From Macrostomum hystrix (lineage: Eukaryota > Animalia > Platyhelminthes): a DNA stretch of 64,000 nt. Below the pieces are notes generated by a model. That model did not search any database and was not told the DNA's origin. It was given only the letters and a program-made list of their open reading frames with translations. Shown one piece after another: positions 25,836 through 40,300 of this stretch. The stretch lies in assembly GCA_950097015.1 (NCBI GenBank), contig CATNEN010000039.1, positions 3,472,001-3,536,000 of the forward strand, in the 5' to 3' direction. How positions within the stretch are numbered: position 1 is the first letter of the stretch; each line of letters starts with the position of its first letter. The position numbers and the translations under genes are program-made.

Positions 25836-26994
25836 AGTATGCTCATAGTTTTTATGAAAAAAGAAGATAAAACTAGCAGATACACAAAAGCAGTGGTAGA
25901 TTGCATTCATGCCTACTTACCTTGTTGGCACAGCCTTGAGCTTGATCAGAAATGTCATGCTTTGAGTCCAGGAGCTAGTAAGCTAACAATAGCTTACTAG
26001 TTACGTGAGCATTGAATTGCAGCATTGCTGAGCTCTCAGAGTTTTAACTAATTAATCTGGGGAGTGTTTTTTAGCCCAGGTAAGTGAAGTCCTAGCAGAT
26101 GATCTCAGCATTATCTCATTTCAATAGTGCTTGTACTGTGGCCAGACCAATTTAAAACACCTTGGTCTTGCACTCTTGCTGCTGTTGGTTAGTTGCAATG
26201 TTGTAGCAGCAAAGGGTCAAGTCATTAGCAGAATGGGGATGTTGCTTAGATTTGAAGTGCATGCATGTCCTTTTCACTGTCTTTATAAACCAGTTAAGTG
26301 ATATTAATCATTTATTTGTTATACAATAATAATATTTATGATTAGTAATTATTAGGCAAATTTATCACTTGTAAAGCAAGAGTTTTTTTAGCAATTAATA
26401 AGCTTTTTTATATTCTGAGGAGATAGCCAAAAGTATTTTTAGGCTTGAGTAAACTATTTCAATATGTGTAAAAATGAAAGCTTGTTATCTTTTGACTTTT
26501 CTGTGTTATTTCTTATCTAGCCTGATATTGCCACCCACAGCCTATTGCAACAACCTCTCCAATTATTCATTGTTGACTCTGTTAAGCTTGTGTCAGTTTA
26601 TAGAAATTATTAGCAAATATGCAAATGAATCTGGTTGAATAGACATGTTATATTTACTCCAGTGTGTGTGTAGGTGTCAGGGTTGGTGTATTATATATCC
26701 CTATAATAGTTGAATCTCATGTCATTTTTTCGAACCAGTTGGGCACAGGGCGCACTCAAGGCTGCATTGTGGCCAGTTCTTAGGCGAGCTTTTTCATCGC
26801 TTTGTAATTGTATAGCTATTTGACTGCCCATCGCTTTGCAGCTGACACAGCAGCAGCAACAGCGCAATCTGTCAGCAGCCACAGCTGTGTCAGACGCTGC
26901 AGCCGCCGCGGCTTCCTCTGACGAGGACGGCGGATTTTTGAAGCCTCGTCAGTGCAGACGTCGATCGCAGCAGCAGCCGGCGCAGAATAATTCA

Positions 26995-29900
26995 ATGGTG
27001 CCAACGCCGACAAAGCCATTGCAGCAGTTGCAGACCAAAAAGCTGCAGCAGCCGCCTCCTCCGTCGCCACCGCCGCCACCGCCGCCTCGTCGGGCCAGCT
27101 TAAATCAGCTCAACCTGGCACTGCCAATTTCAACCACCGTAATTGAGAGGCCTAAAACGTAAGCTGCTGGGGTCCCAGTAAAAGTACAGGCTTTAATAAT
27201 AATTAGAGTAATAAAATACAGTAAAGGATTCTTTATAATATCCTGTGTTAGTCCGTTTTTAACTTTTTTAGAGTGTCACTTTCGGTTATTTTTCTGCAGA
27301 TTCGAGCTAATTACCTTTTGTGAAACATCTCTAATAAAAGTTCTCTTAAATTAAATCCAATTTCATCCTCCTCACTGTCCACTGAGCAGCACTCTCGATT
27401 GTAATTCACATTAGTGAGATTATAGCTATGCAAATGTAGCAGAACAAAATATCGAAACGATATTGGTCATTGTGTGCGCGAGGTGTAGCTAGAAGACTTT
27501 GTTTATTATGCAAACAAAAGCGACCCGGGACTTGTCTCTGGCACGTCAGTCCTGTCTTCATGCGCTTTTGGCAGCCCCTTTTGCGCAGTTTTTTTTAGAT
27601 AAGATTGGCTTCAACACAGTGCCATGCGGCCAAAAGCAGTTCTAAAGAATACATTTATTATATCGTACTTGTTCTTTCAAAGCATTAATAAAATCTAGAA
27701 ATTTCTTCTAGATTTCTAGAAGAGAGCCGCATGTACCCACTTTTGTCCTCAGAGAGCCGCATGTACCCACTTTTGTCCTCAGACAGTCGCTGGTACCCAC
27801 TTTTATCCTCAGACAGTCGCTGGTACCCACTTTGGCTCTCAGACAGTCGCTGGTACCCACTTTTATCCTCAGAGAGCCGCATGTACCCACTTTTATCCTC
27901 AGACAGTCGCTGGTACCCACTTTTGTCCTCAGAGAGCCGCATGTACCCACTTTTGTCCTCAGAGAGCCGCATGTACCCACTTTTGTCCTCAGACAGTCGC
28001 TGGTACCCACTTTGGCTCTCAGACAGTCGCTGGTACCCACTTTAGTCCTCAGACAGTCGCTTGTTCCCGCTGTGGTCCTCAGACAGTCGCTCAGGCATTC
28101 ACCTAAGCTAATTCGGGTTTGGATCAGTTGTTGATTTACCCACTACCTAATCTTACTTTCAGCTGCAAGCTGTCTGCGGCGTTGCGCAAGCGCGCACACA
28201 ATCACTACCTGCCCGGCTGCATGAAGCTGTCAGAGCTGCAGGTTCGCCCGACTCGCATCTACTTCGCCAATGGTGACAGCTCTTCGATTGCTTCTTCGGC
28301 GCTTCAATCAACTGCCGAAGCTTCATTTCGGGACGCTCGCGCGGATCTGGCAGTTTCGGTGGCTGGCAGCAGCGGTTGGCTGGTGACCAGAAGCCTAACC
28401 GATCTGGTTGCTATGGACGCCGCTTTGCACCGCTGCTGCCTCCAGCGCGGCGGCAGCAGCAGTAGTAATCTATTGATCGACCTGGGCGCCGCCTTCGCTG
28501 ACGCCCGCTGTCGATTGAGCAGCTCAGAGTCAAAGTCTGCTTCATCTGCAGCTGTTGAACAGCAGCAAAGGCGGCGATTTTTATCGGAGCTGGAGGCAGT
28601 TTTGATGGAATATTTTCTGCACTTCAGTGCCTTGCTGCCAATAGTTGGCGACCGCTTGACCTGCCCAATGGTGCTGGATCCGTTAGAGATTAACTGCAAC
28701 GGCTTGCGCCTCACCGATATCGATCGATACAATACTCAGGTTTGTGTCCTGGGTCTAGGGCGCCTCAGATCCAGGAATTAGCACCTGGTAACACCTGCTA
28801 ATTTTCCATTGGCCCGCAGGCAGTTGAGCTGGCAGTGGTTATCGCCGATTTTCAACCCGAAGCCGACGATGAACTGGAGCTTCGCATTGGCGACTACGTG
28901 GCTTTGACCCACGTGACCGTCAACATGGACCAGCCTACCTGGTGGCAGGGGAAGATTGTCAGCTTGGATGCTGGCTGCAATCTGGGCTGTGAATCCGCTG
29001 CCGCTTCATCTAGTGCAGCTGGGCAAGGTGAGCGTTCGCTGGTGCTCAGTGGAACATGCCCTGTTTATTATTTTTACTCCATTATTTTTAGTCCACGGCT
29101 GTTCTCATCTAGGCCTTCAGCAGCCGCCCAAGACTGCGCCTCCGCGTATCGGCTTTTTTCCTTCGAATTGCGTGCAAATTCTGGCTGGCCGAGACACCAG
29201 CGATCTTCGGCCTACGCCAATCAGGGTGAGAACCAATCAGGGCTGGCTTGTGCGGTTCATCAGGCTAGATTATTGCCTGTTAGATCAGACTAGATTATTG
29301 CCTGTTAGATCAAGGTTGATATTATGGTAGATCATGGTTGATTATCTGGTAGATCAAGGTTTATTGAATGGTTAATTAAGGTTGATCATCAGATATATCA
29401 AGGTTTATCGTCTGGTAGATCAATTTATATGGTCTGTTAGATCAATTTATATGGTCTGGTAGATCAAGGTTGATAGTCTGGTAGATCAAGGTAGATAGTC
29501 TGGTAGATCAAGGTTGATAGTCTGGTATATCAAGGTTGATAGTCTGGTAGATCAATGTTGATAGTCTGGTAGATCAAGGTTGATAGTCTAGTAGATCAAG
29601 GTTGATAGTCTGGTATATCAAGGTTGATAGTCTGGTAGATCAAGGTTGATAGTCTGGTATATCAAGGTTGATAGTCTGGTAGATCAAGGTTGATAGTCTG
29701 GTATATCAAGGTTGATAGTCTGGTATATCAAGGTTGATAGTCTGGTAGATGTGTTCGACACCATTATTCAAGCCTAAATGTCAAATCCCCAATCCCGCGC
29801 AGGCTCGCTTCGGCACTCTGCTGCCAGCTCTGCGCGCCTTCTTCCGCTCCAGGCCGGACGCCAGCGACCTGCGGCCCAGCGGCATCCTCAGGCCGGCCCT

Positions 29901-32255
29901 GTTCGGCTCGGATCTGAGCTCGGCCAGCGCAGCCGGCCAGTGGGGCCGCGGCGACAGCTGCCTGCCGCCCATCCTGCTCCACTGCTGCCGGGTGGTGGAA
30001 AGTCACGGCTGCCAGCAGCAGGGCATCTATAGACGCAGCGGCAGCGCCTCGGAGATTCAACAATTGCGCGAAGCATTCGAGCACTGCTGGGATGAGTCCA
30101 GCGGCCCGCAGTTGCGTCATGCATTGCACAATGTGCAGCGCTGCCTGTGCGACTCAGACGAATCGATATTTGTCGGCTCCGGCGGGGGCGGTGGCGGCCG
30201 GCTTGAAAGCTGTCCTCTGTTCAAGGATGTGCACAACTATGCCAGCTTGTTAAAGTCATTCTTTCGTGAGCTGGCGGTGCCCCTGCTGGGCGGCGAGTTT
30301 ATCGACTGCGCGCCGGCTGACGGTCGGGCAATCAGGAACAGCCTGCTGCTGCTGCCGCCAGCTCACATCAGGTTTGGAATTTCCTGATTTCGCTTTTTTG
30401 TGTATCAGTCATGGCCGTTTCTATAACTCACAATGATCTATCAAGCGGGTGTCGGTGGCAGAGCGGTTAACGCGTTTGCCTCGATTCCGCGGCGAGGCCA
30501 CATTTTATTTGGGGCGCAGCCGCAGAGAGAAGGCGTGGGGTCTTGTCGTTCGTCTTACGCCCAACCTGAGGGCCAACCTCCAAGGTTTTTTTTATCGATT
30601 TTGGCCGTTCTAGGTTTATAGCAATGAGAAGAAATATTTGTGAAGGCCTATTTAACCGATGGAGATTCTAGTTTTAAGTGCACTATTGTTTTCTGTAGCA
30701 TTGCGCAAGTCGAAAGAATTCTTGAGACTGTAAGAAAAGATAGTCAGTGTATATTTGAGCTCGCTTCTAGCCCCTGCCTGACCCGAATGAATAGTGACGT
30801 ATCTGTGTCGTGTTATTATATGACACAATTAGCTAGTCGCTGAAGCGTTGTATCGCTACAAAGTTTCTCTCACGCATTTGTTGTGTGCAGCTGCGCAGAT
30901 AAAAGCTCGAGTGAGACACTCACCAGCGACACACACCAGTTGCACGCATTAGATATGTAAGCAGACACTCTGCAGTACAGGTCTTTCAAGATTTTGTTAC
31001 TTCACTAGAATACTAGCGGCATTTTCTTCCGGAAATTTACACTTTGTCTGCTTGAATAATACAAACCTGGTTGCCTGTTTGCAGGTGAATAGTCTCTATT
31101 CTCTCTGGTAGGCATGCAAACGAGACTTCTTGTTTATGCCATATACGTCAGCTATGCGCCTCTTGTCATTCCGAGCTTGGAGAATTACCCTCTGGTTCTT
31201 CAGGGCGTGTAGAATTACCCTCTGGTTCTTCAGGGCGTGTAGAATTACCCTCTGGTTCTTCAGGGCGTGTAGAATTACCCTCTGGTTCTTCAGGGCGTGT
31301 AGAATTACCCTCTGGTTCTTAAGGGCGTGGAGAATTACTCTCTGGTTCTTCAGGGCGTGTAGAATTACCCTCTGGTTCTTCAGGGCGTGAAGAATTACCC
31401 TCTGGTTCTTCAGGGCGTGGAGAATTACCCTCTGGTTCTTCAGGGCGTGGAGAATTACCCTCTGGTTCTTCAGGGCGTGTAGAATTACCCTCTGGTTCTT
31501 CAGGGCGTGGAGAATTACCCTCTGGTTCTTCAGGGCGTGTAGAATTACCCTCTGGTTCTTCAGGGCGTGGAGAATTACCCTCTGGTTCTTCAGGGCGTGG
31601 AGAATTACTCTCTGATTCTTCAGAATTTCAGGCATCACCCTCTAGCCCTTCAAAGCCTTAGGCATCACCTTTAGGCCCTTCAGGGAGATGTAATTTTTAC
31701 AGTAATATTTACTCCCACCGGTTATCTGTTATGTTTTCCAGAGTGGCCTCCTTTCTATTCCACCACCTGAATCGCATGTCGGCGCACAGCGACGAAACTT
31801 TGATGTCGTCCCGCAATTTGGGCTTAGTCTGGGCACCAAGCCTCTGTCATCAACTATTGTCGCCAGTCGCTCTAGATGACCTAGCAACCGTTGCTAAGCA
31901 ATCGCAACAATTAGCCGACGTTGTCGCCTACGTCATCGATCACTGCGCCGAATTGTTTCCGCCCGCTTGCGATGTTAACGGCGACTCCGCTGCTTCATCC
32001 TCCGGCATTCGGTCCAATCCCCTGGGCGCCAGCATTCGCAGGGTGCCTAGCAACCGAAATCGGCAGCAACAGCAGCATCAGGGTAGCTCTCACAACAACA
32101 ATAATGAAAGCGTTGCAGATGAGGCGGCCAGGATGAGGCAGGCCTGCCAGCAGCTTTACTGCCAGTGCCCGAGATCTTCGGCTCCGAAGCGGCGGCCGCA
32201 CTTGCTGCAGCCGCTGTCGCCGCCATCGCCACCGCAGCCGACGCTGCCAAAGTGA
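26995..32255 (+). CDS. PX-SH3-RhoGAP protein of the ARHGAP32/33 (CdGAPr-like) type, about 714 aa; start codon uncertain
   Basis: Exons 26995-27158, 28163-28739, 28820-29027, 29113-29225, 29803-30371 and 31742-32255 join in frame. AHNHY N-terminal motif, PX-like region (WLVTRS...LHRC), SH3 (DELELRIGD...WWQGK...GFFPSNCV), GAP domain (GIYRRSG arginine finger, ASLLKSFFREL, MSSRNLGLVWAPSL). Confidence 0.82.
27720..28092. repeat. 30-bp minisatellite with two variants (agagagccgcatgtaccc / agacagtcgctggtaccc), RhoGAP intron 1
   Basis: Direct tandem repeat. Confidence 0.93.
29250..29750. repeat. 22-bp minisatellite (gtagatcaaggttgatagtctg), RhoGAP intron 4
   Basis: Direct tandem repeat, degenerate toward the donor. 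Confidence 0.92.
30447..30580 (+). mobile_element. SINE family A, 3'-truncated copy 5
   Basis: gtcggtggcagagcggtta...tcgattccgcggcgaggccacattt...gagggccaacctcc matches copy 2. Confidence 0.82.
31180..31685. repeat. 30-bp minisatellite (agaattaccctctggttcttcagggcgtgt), RhoGAP intron 5
   Basis: About 15 near-identical copies. Confidence 0.95.
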
Positions 32256-32721
32256 CTGCGGCGGACACCCGCGATGCTGTGGCATCTTAAGGCTTCCAGA
32301 TGATTTTGGATTGCAGCTGACTTCGATTTGGTCAAATTTGAAGCATAATAAAGTTTATTGAAGGGATGTTGTAAGACCTATTCACGGGTGGTACTGCCGT
32401 GTGTATCGATAAAATTACTTATTTGGTTCATATTTTTAGAAACTATTTTTGTTTAGAAAAAAAATAAATTATATATCCCATTGTTAAGGAGAGTGCATTT
32501 TTTGCTATTTATCCCCTTAATTTTGCGTTTTATTTGTTGTGTTTTGTAAAAATCTGTGAGCATGAATTGGCGGGTTCTCGTGGGAGATATGGGAGAGACT
32601 GCTCATTGGAAGACCTTCTCAATTTGATAAGCCGATTTTAGTTTTGTTGCTTCTATTTTTAGAAAGCAGTTGTAATTTTTGGGTCAAAGGTGTTTGCATT
32701 TTTAGAAAATCTTTATTTGGA

Positions 32722-32906
32722 CGCAGCCAATCAAATTTCGAACAGAATTTCGGAGTCCGGTTATTTCTATTTATAGAAATCTCCTGGGAACCCCTTAATT
32801 GACCACAGCCAATTAAATTTCGAGCAGAATTTTAGGGTCCGGTTGTTTCTATTTATAGAAAATCTTCTGGAAATCCCTTAGATAACAGCAGCCAATTAAA
32901 TTTCGA
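32722..32906. repeat. About 83-bp direct repeat, 2.3 copies, each containing CCAAT
   Basis: cagccaatYaaatttcga recurs at about 32724, 32807 and 32889. Confidence 0.7.
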
Positions 32907-34347
32907 AGGTTTTTTTTAACTTAGATAAATTTATCCCAGAACCGATATGATTACCAATACCTGTTCATGCTTAACGATTTAGTCTTTCTAGATTTTGTTT
33001 AGCTTTTTTCATTTCTCACGCCATCTTTGTTGACCTGTCAATCAATCAATTTTCTGGACAGTTTCAAACGGCGCTCTCATTGACGGCAGATATCAGCAGT
33101 ATCTGTGCATTAGCCAAATCAGTTCGCATGCGAAAGTATGTAAATAGCCAATCAGCAGGGACACAAAGGTAAAACAAAAAACTATTAAATTGAGTGCCAA
33201 CTTCGACATTCAGCGCTGGTAGCTTCGCATTGATTGCCGTGCCTTCGACTCGCACTCGCGACTGCGAGTTCCCTCTTATTTATTCGAGTGCAATTTATCA
33301 AAGCCAGAATCCTAGTGTGCACTAATTGTCTGCTTCACCTGTCACAGTCCTTGCACTCGTCACCAGGTTTGCGTTATTATTGTTTCTTTTTTTCTGACTG
33401 GTTTTCCAGCACTTTTGATTTTTTATACTCTTGTTTCCTCCGCCAGTACAGATTAAATAGTTTTTTAATTCGCTTGTCTCTTTTTGTGTGTCAATAGTTA
33501 AGTTAAACTGTTCGATCTTTTCAGTTTTCATAAAACAGTTATCAAACTGGCAACATCTTTTCTGGCAATATTGGCACATTTTACTTTAAATGAAAAGTTG
33601 GCAACACAATTTACTTAAAGTCTCGTTTCACTCCTACTGTACTCCAACTATCCAGCTAATTTAAGCAAGCCTTATCTGTAAAATCCCATTCGTTTTCTTT
33701 TGCTTTCGGTTTTCCAATGCTTTTACGAGTCGTATAAACAATTAGATTTCTTTACGCGAAGCTATGTATGCTACTTGTGAGTGGCCGATAGTAGCATGTT
33801 TGGCTAACATAATCAGCCAAAATGTGGTCTTCTTTGCATCTGGCTAAACTTTTGTTTCGAGAGAAATGAAATCGAAGAGAATTTTTTAATATGAAAGAAT
33901 TACACAATATTCGAAATTTATTTTATGCACAAATATTCTCTTTTTGTTTGACCTCCGATTTACAAGCAAATGCCCGTGTTGCCGTCTAAACAGCTGTCTA
34001 TTGTTCCGCTTCTTTAATACTTCTTTATTGCAGGTATTTCTCTTGCGGTCCCATCAACATCTTCAGGATTGTTAAACCATTCGAGATCATCAAATGGATT
34101 GCTAAACCATTCAAGATCCTCAAAATGGATTGCTCAAACAAGCACTTGATTTTTTCCTTTTCAATATGGCTAGAACTAAACAGGTTCTGTAGTCCCAAGA
34201 GCATCTTGTACAATTCATTGACAGCATAACAGCAGCAGCTTTTCAGCTTCGATAAACAAGAGTGCAATGTGCAGATTTATTGATTCCCATTCGCTCAATC
34301 TATGGATTATTTTACGCCATTCAGCCTACTATAAGTAGAGTCAAAAT

Positions 34348-37300
34348 TTAAACGCTAGTAGTGAAGTCTATGGCAATTTCGCGCTCTGATCTCGTGACCT
34401 GCAGCCTGAGCGGCACTCCCCGCAGCTCCTGCTGCGATGCGTTCTGCCTGGTAGAGCCGTTTTTGCTGCTTTTGCTGCTGCTGCTTCTGCTGCTGCTGCA
34501 GCTGCTGCCGTTTCGTCTGCTTCGATAGCAACATTTCGGCCTGCACGATGACAGTTGCTGCTGCTGCTGCTGCTGCCGCTGTCGATTCGCCATCGGTGCA
34601 GGCGGATTCACTTGCTGGGTGACGGTCCTCTCGCTGTGCGGTTTCAGCAACAGCTGCTGCTGCTGTTGTTGCTGTTGAGTCGCGGTGCTATGGCAGCGCA
34701 GCAGGCTGAGAAACTTGTTTCGGAATTTCCTGCCGGACAGCAGGAAGAAGATCCAGTTGGTGCTGTTGTTCAGGCAGGCGCACGCGTCGAAAAATCTGTG
34801 CAGCATGGTCCAGACTCTAGCAAACTCCGACTCGCCGCCAGAGGCCAAGTGCACTTTAGAGATGAGAAACAGGCCGGCTAGTCCGTTGGTCACGAAGTAG
34901 GTCACGTTCATCAGAATGAGCATCTGCGTGACCCGCTTCTCAGTGCCGCCAGTGGAGTTTGGCCCTGAGCTGCGCTTTTGATGCTGCTGCTGCTGCTGCT
35001 TCTGCTGCTGTTGCTGCTGCTGCTGAGAATTTCGAGCTCGGGAATGCGAGCCAAACACATCGGCATGGCTGTCATTGGGAGGTCTGGCAATCATTTGGGG
35101 GATTGGAAACATTGTACAGTGAAATGGGTATATAAGTCAGATGGAAAAATTTTAGTCAATCCAGGTCTCATTTCCAGCATCACAACAGATCCTTCAGGCC
35201 TCAGATGCAGAATTACCTTAGATGCTGCTGGGTGCTGTGCAGTATTCGTGCCTGATGCACACTCATTCTACGAAAGGTGCGCACCACGCTGCTGCGGCTG
35301 CGGCACATAAAGTACACAATCAGGCAGGTGCACAGAATCATGATGAAAAAGGGCACTATCGAGCCGAAAAGGCCGTGCGAGTAGTAGACAACGAACTCGC
35401 GACCGTCCTTAATTTGGCAGCCGCCGTTAGTCAGCACAACAGACTGATTGCCACCGCTAGCGCTGCCGTTGCTGCCGCTGCTAGGAGCCGTGGCCCACCG
35501 GTGGCAGAGCGGCGCCACCAGAGCGTAGGCCACCACCAGAGCGGAGAGGCCGCTGACGAGGCCGGCGGTGCGCCCGGAGGTCAGCCACTGACGAATGCGC
35601 AGCGGAAACCGGATGGCCAGCATGCGGTGAAACGAGATCGTGGCCTGCAGAGAGTAAGCATGAGCTTCTGCGATGAAGATTGACTCAGCTAACTGAAAGA
35701 TGACTCAGCTAACTGAAGGATGACTCAGCTAACTGAAGGATGACTCAGCTAACTGAAGGATCCTTGAGCTAACTGAAGGATCCCTGAGCTAACTGAAGGA
35801 TGACTCAGCTAACTGAAGGATGACTCAGCTAACTGAAGGATGACTCAGCTAACTGAAGGATGACTCAGCTAACTGAAGGATGACTCAGCTAACTGAAGGA
35901 TAAGCTAACTGAAGGATGACTCAGCTAACTGAAGGATGACTCAGCTAACTGAAGGATCCTTGAGCTAACTGAAGGATCCCTGAGCTAACTGAAGGATGAC
36001 TCAGCTAACTGAAGGATGACTCAGCTAACTGAAGGATGACTCAGCTAACTGAAGGATGACTCAGCTAACTGAAGGATGACTCAGCTAACTGAAGGATGAC
36101 TCAGCTAACTGAAGGATCCCTGAGCTAACTGAAGGATGACTCAGCTAACTGAAGGATGACTCAGCTAACTGAAGGATGACTCAGCTAACTGAAGGATGAC
36201 TCAGCTAACTGAAGGATGACTCAGCTAACTGAAGGATGACTCAGCTAACTGAAGGATGACTCAGCTAACTGAAGGATGACTCAGCTAACTGAATGATGAC
36301 TCAGCTAACTGAAGGATGACTCAGCTAACTGAAGGATGACTCAGCTAACTGAAGGATGCCTCAGCTAACTGAAGGATAAGCTAACTGAAGGATGCCTCAG
36401 CTAACTGAAGGATGCCCATCTGACCGAAGAACTGGCATCGTCTAAATTTTTACAAATCAAAAAGTACCATATCTAATTAGGTGATGTCTGGCTCTTTCAA
36501 GAGGCCTTTAAGTGTGAATTGGCTCAGTATTATCTTGTTCAGTCATACGGCCACTGCGCCATTATTGGTGAATGTTACGAAATGACACCCCTGGGTTTCA
36601 AGAGATCAGTCTCAGAACTGCTGTTGACAAAATTTTTAAAGCCCTTAAGACAGAAGCCATAGTATTTAAAAATAATAATGGCATTCATTATTAACCTGCT
36701 ATCTACCGGTGTAACTATTTCGTATAAGCTATTCTGTTTCGAGTGACACTACGTAACTGTCCAAGGGTGCGCAAGCTGTTCATTTTTGTTGCCTTATTGC
36801 TTCTAATGCTCTTATTACTTATTCCGGTTCACAGAAATTTACTGCTATATCAACTGGCTGTATTCCTCATCAAACAGGTAGCGTTCCTTAATAAACATGT
36901 AATAATCCCCTTGAAACAGGTAGCGTTCCTTAATAAACATGTAATAATCCCCTTGAAACAGGTAGCGTTCCTTAATAAACATGTAATATTCCCCTTGAAA
37001 CAGGTAGCGTTCCTTAATAAACATGTAATATTCCCCTTGAAACAGGTAGCGTTCCTTAATAAACATTTAATATTCCCATTGAAACAGGTAGCGTTCCTTA
37101 ATAAACATGTAATAATCCCCTTGAAACAGGCAGCGTTCCTTAATAAACATGTAATATTCCCCTTGAAACAGGTAGCGTTCCCTAATAAACATGTAATATT
37201 CCCCTTGAAACAGGTAGCGTTCCTTAATAAACATGTAATATTCCCCTTGAAACAGGTAGCGTTCCCTAATAAACATGTAATATTCCCCTTGAAACAGGTA

Positions 37301-40300
37301 GCGTTCCTTAATAAACATGTAAAATTACCCTTGAAACAGGTAGCGTTCCCTAATAAACATGTAATATTCCCCTTGAAACAGGTAGCGTTCCTTAATAAAC
37401 ATGTAATATTCCCCTTGAAACAGGTAGCGTTCCCTAATAAACATGTAATATTCCCCTTGAAACAGGTAGCGTTCCCTAATAAACATGTAATATTCCCCTT
37501 GAAACAGGTAGCGTTCCTTAATAAACATGTAATATTCCCCTTGAAACAGGTAGCGTTCCTTAATAAACATGTAATATTCCCCTTGAAACAGGTAGCGTTC
37601 CCTAATAAACATGTAAAATTACCCTTGAAACAGGTAGCGTTCCCTAATAAACATGTAAAATTACCCTTGAAACAGGTAGCGTTCCTTAATAAACATGTAA
37701 TATTCCCCTTGAAACAGGTAGCGTTCCCTAATAAACATGTAATATTCCCCTTGAAACAGGTAGCGTTCCTCATCAAGCAGGTGCTATTCCCCTTGAAACA
37801 GGTAGCATTCCTCATCAAGCAGGTGCTATTCCCCATCAAACAGGTAATGTTACCCATCAAACAGGTAGCATTCCCCATCAAGCAGGTGCTATTCCCCATC
37901 AAACAGGTAGTTTTACCCATCAAACAGGTAATGTTACCCATCAAACAGGTAATGTTACCCATCAAACAGGTAATGTTACCCATCAAACAGGTAATGTTAC
38001 CCATCAAACAGGTAATGTTACCCATCAAACAGGTAATGTTACCCATCAAACAGGTAATGTTACCCATCAAACAGGTAATGTTACCCATCAAACAGGTAAT
38101 GTTACCAATAAAATAGATAGCATTCCCCATCAAACAGACAGAGGATGCAGTGAGGGAAACAGATCAAACAGGCAGCACAGGTAGCACAGGTAACAGTTAA
38201 CAGGTACAACAATTATTAGACGGGCAATTTTTTTCATATCTTCGTCCATTAGCAGATGATCAAAGTTAATTTCTATGTAAAAATCATTCCTCCAGCTAAC
38301 ATAGAGTTAGTAGTCTTGCAGAGAAAATGCAATTTGCAGTTTAGATCACACAATCCCAATGACAGATCCCAAAACTAGATAGGCAAGTTCCTAACGTGCG
38401 ACATCCCGCACCCCAGTTGAAGGTGGGCGCAGTCCCCAATTTCACTTGGATCTGCCTGCCACCGGGGGAGCAGGCCTTCACGGATCTTCCCCTATAGCCT
38501 GTCTTGTTTGCCTTTGACAAACCTGGGCCTAAATAGTACGACAACCTTTGGGGGGCCTTCAAAAGTCTGGGCTTGGCGCATCCCATTGTCCAAAACCGGG
38601 CCTGGCTCCTCCATCCAGTTGTCAACGCTAGAGCGTCTGGTTTTTTCTTATCTTTTCCTTCTCTCCTTCTCATTCTCCTCTCTTATCTCCAAGGTGTGTT
38701 TAACTTTGAATTTTAACTGGAAAATATGAGTATAGCTGTGTTCTGGTTTCCACATCAAGGCTAATGGGATATTTGCTGATATTGACGTGCTGTGCGTATG
38801 TTGCGCCTGTGTTCGAGTACTGCGGGTGAGAGGGTAGGGTAGGAGGGGAAGGAGAGAGAGGGGTAGGAGAGAGAGTGGGGTAGGAGCGAAGGAAGGGAGT
38901 AGGAGAGGAAGGGTGTAGGAGAAATGGTTAGGTTGGAGAGAGAGTGAGGGTTAGAAGAAAGCGAAGGTAATAGAGAGGGGGCAGGACTGGAGAGAGAGGT
39001 TAGAGGCGGAGAGAAAGGGTAGAGGCGGAGAGAGAGGTTAGAGGAGGAGAGAAAGGGTAGAGGCGGAGAGAGAGGGTAGAGGCGGAGAGAGAGGGTAGAG
39101 GCGGAGAGAGAGGGTAGAGGCGGAGAGAGAGGGTAGAGGCGGAGAGAGAGGGTAGAGGCGGAGAGAGAGGGTAGAGGCGGAGAGAGAGGGTAGAGGCGGA
39201 GAGAGAGGGTAGAGAAGTAGAAAGAGTGAAGGTAGTAAATAAAGAGGTAGGATTAGAAGAAAGAGGTAGAATAGGTGAGAGAGGACGGGTAAAAGAGAGG
39301 GTAGATTGAGGGAGAGGCTGAGAGAGATGGTGATGAAGAGACGCAGATGAAAGTTTCCAGGAAAACCAGGCCAAGCTGCTCGGGCTCATGTGGCAGTTCC
39401 AGACCTGCTCAAGGCTGACTTCACTGACGGCTGTCGAACAAAGGCCGCCAGTGAGCTGACCGGAAGGCACACAATAGCGAGCAGGCTGTTTTTACTCCAG
39501 CATCCTCAGCCCTTGTCACTTTGAGCTGTGCGAAGTGAGACTGTTCTCTCCCATCATCGTATCAAAATTCAGCTGACTTTTTACTTAGCTAACTTCCTTC
39601 ATTGTGTTGATGCAAATTCATTAACGGCCCTACAGCTCCTTTATTCGTTACCTTTTAACCCCACACTTTTCAACTTATCGATGAGGCAGTGAGGGAGACA
39701 GACGATGCAGTGAGGGAGACAGAGGATGCAGTGGGGGAGACAGAGGATGCAGTGAGGGAGACAGAGGATGCAGTGGGGGAGGCAGAGGATGCAGTGAGGG
39801 AGACAGAGGATGCAGTGGGGGAGGCAGAGGATGCAGTGAGGGAGACAGAGGATGCAGTGGGGGAGACAGATAAGGCAGTGAGGGAGACAGAGGATGCAGT
39901 GTGGGAGACAGAGGATGCAGTGGGGGAGACAGAGGATGCAGTGGGGGAGACAGAGGATGCAGTGGGGGAGACAGAGGATGCAGTGAGGGAGACAGAGGAT
40001 GCAGTGGGGGAGACAGATAAGGCAGTGAGGGAGACAGAGGATGCAGTGTGGGAGACAGAGGATGCAGTGGGGGAGGCAGAGGATGCAGTGAGGGAGACAG
40101 AGGATGCAGTGGGGGAGACAGACGATGCAGTGGGGGAGACAGAGGATGCAGTGTGGGAGACAGAGGATGCAGTGGGGGAGACAGAGGATGCAGTGGGGGA
40201 GACAGAGGATGCAGTGGGGGAGACAGACGATGCAGTGGGGGAGACAGAAGATGCAGTGGGGGAGACAGACGATGCAGTGGGGGAGACAGATTAGGCAGTG

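Noticed and set aside
36743-38133. 457-aa and 427-aa repetitive ORFs; similar cases at 6290-7926, 8620-9864, 31096-31638, 39641-40519, 42787-43873 and 62118-62642
   Set aside because: Translations of minisatellites lying inside introns or spacers of well-supported genes.
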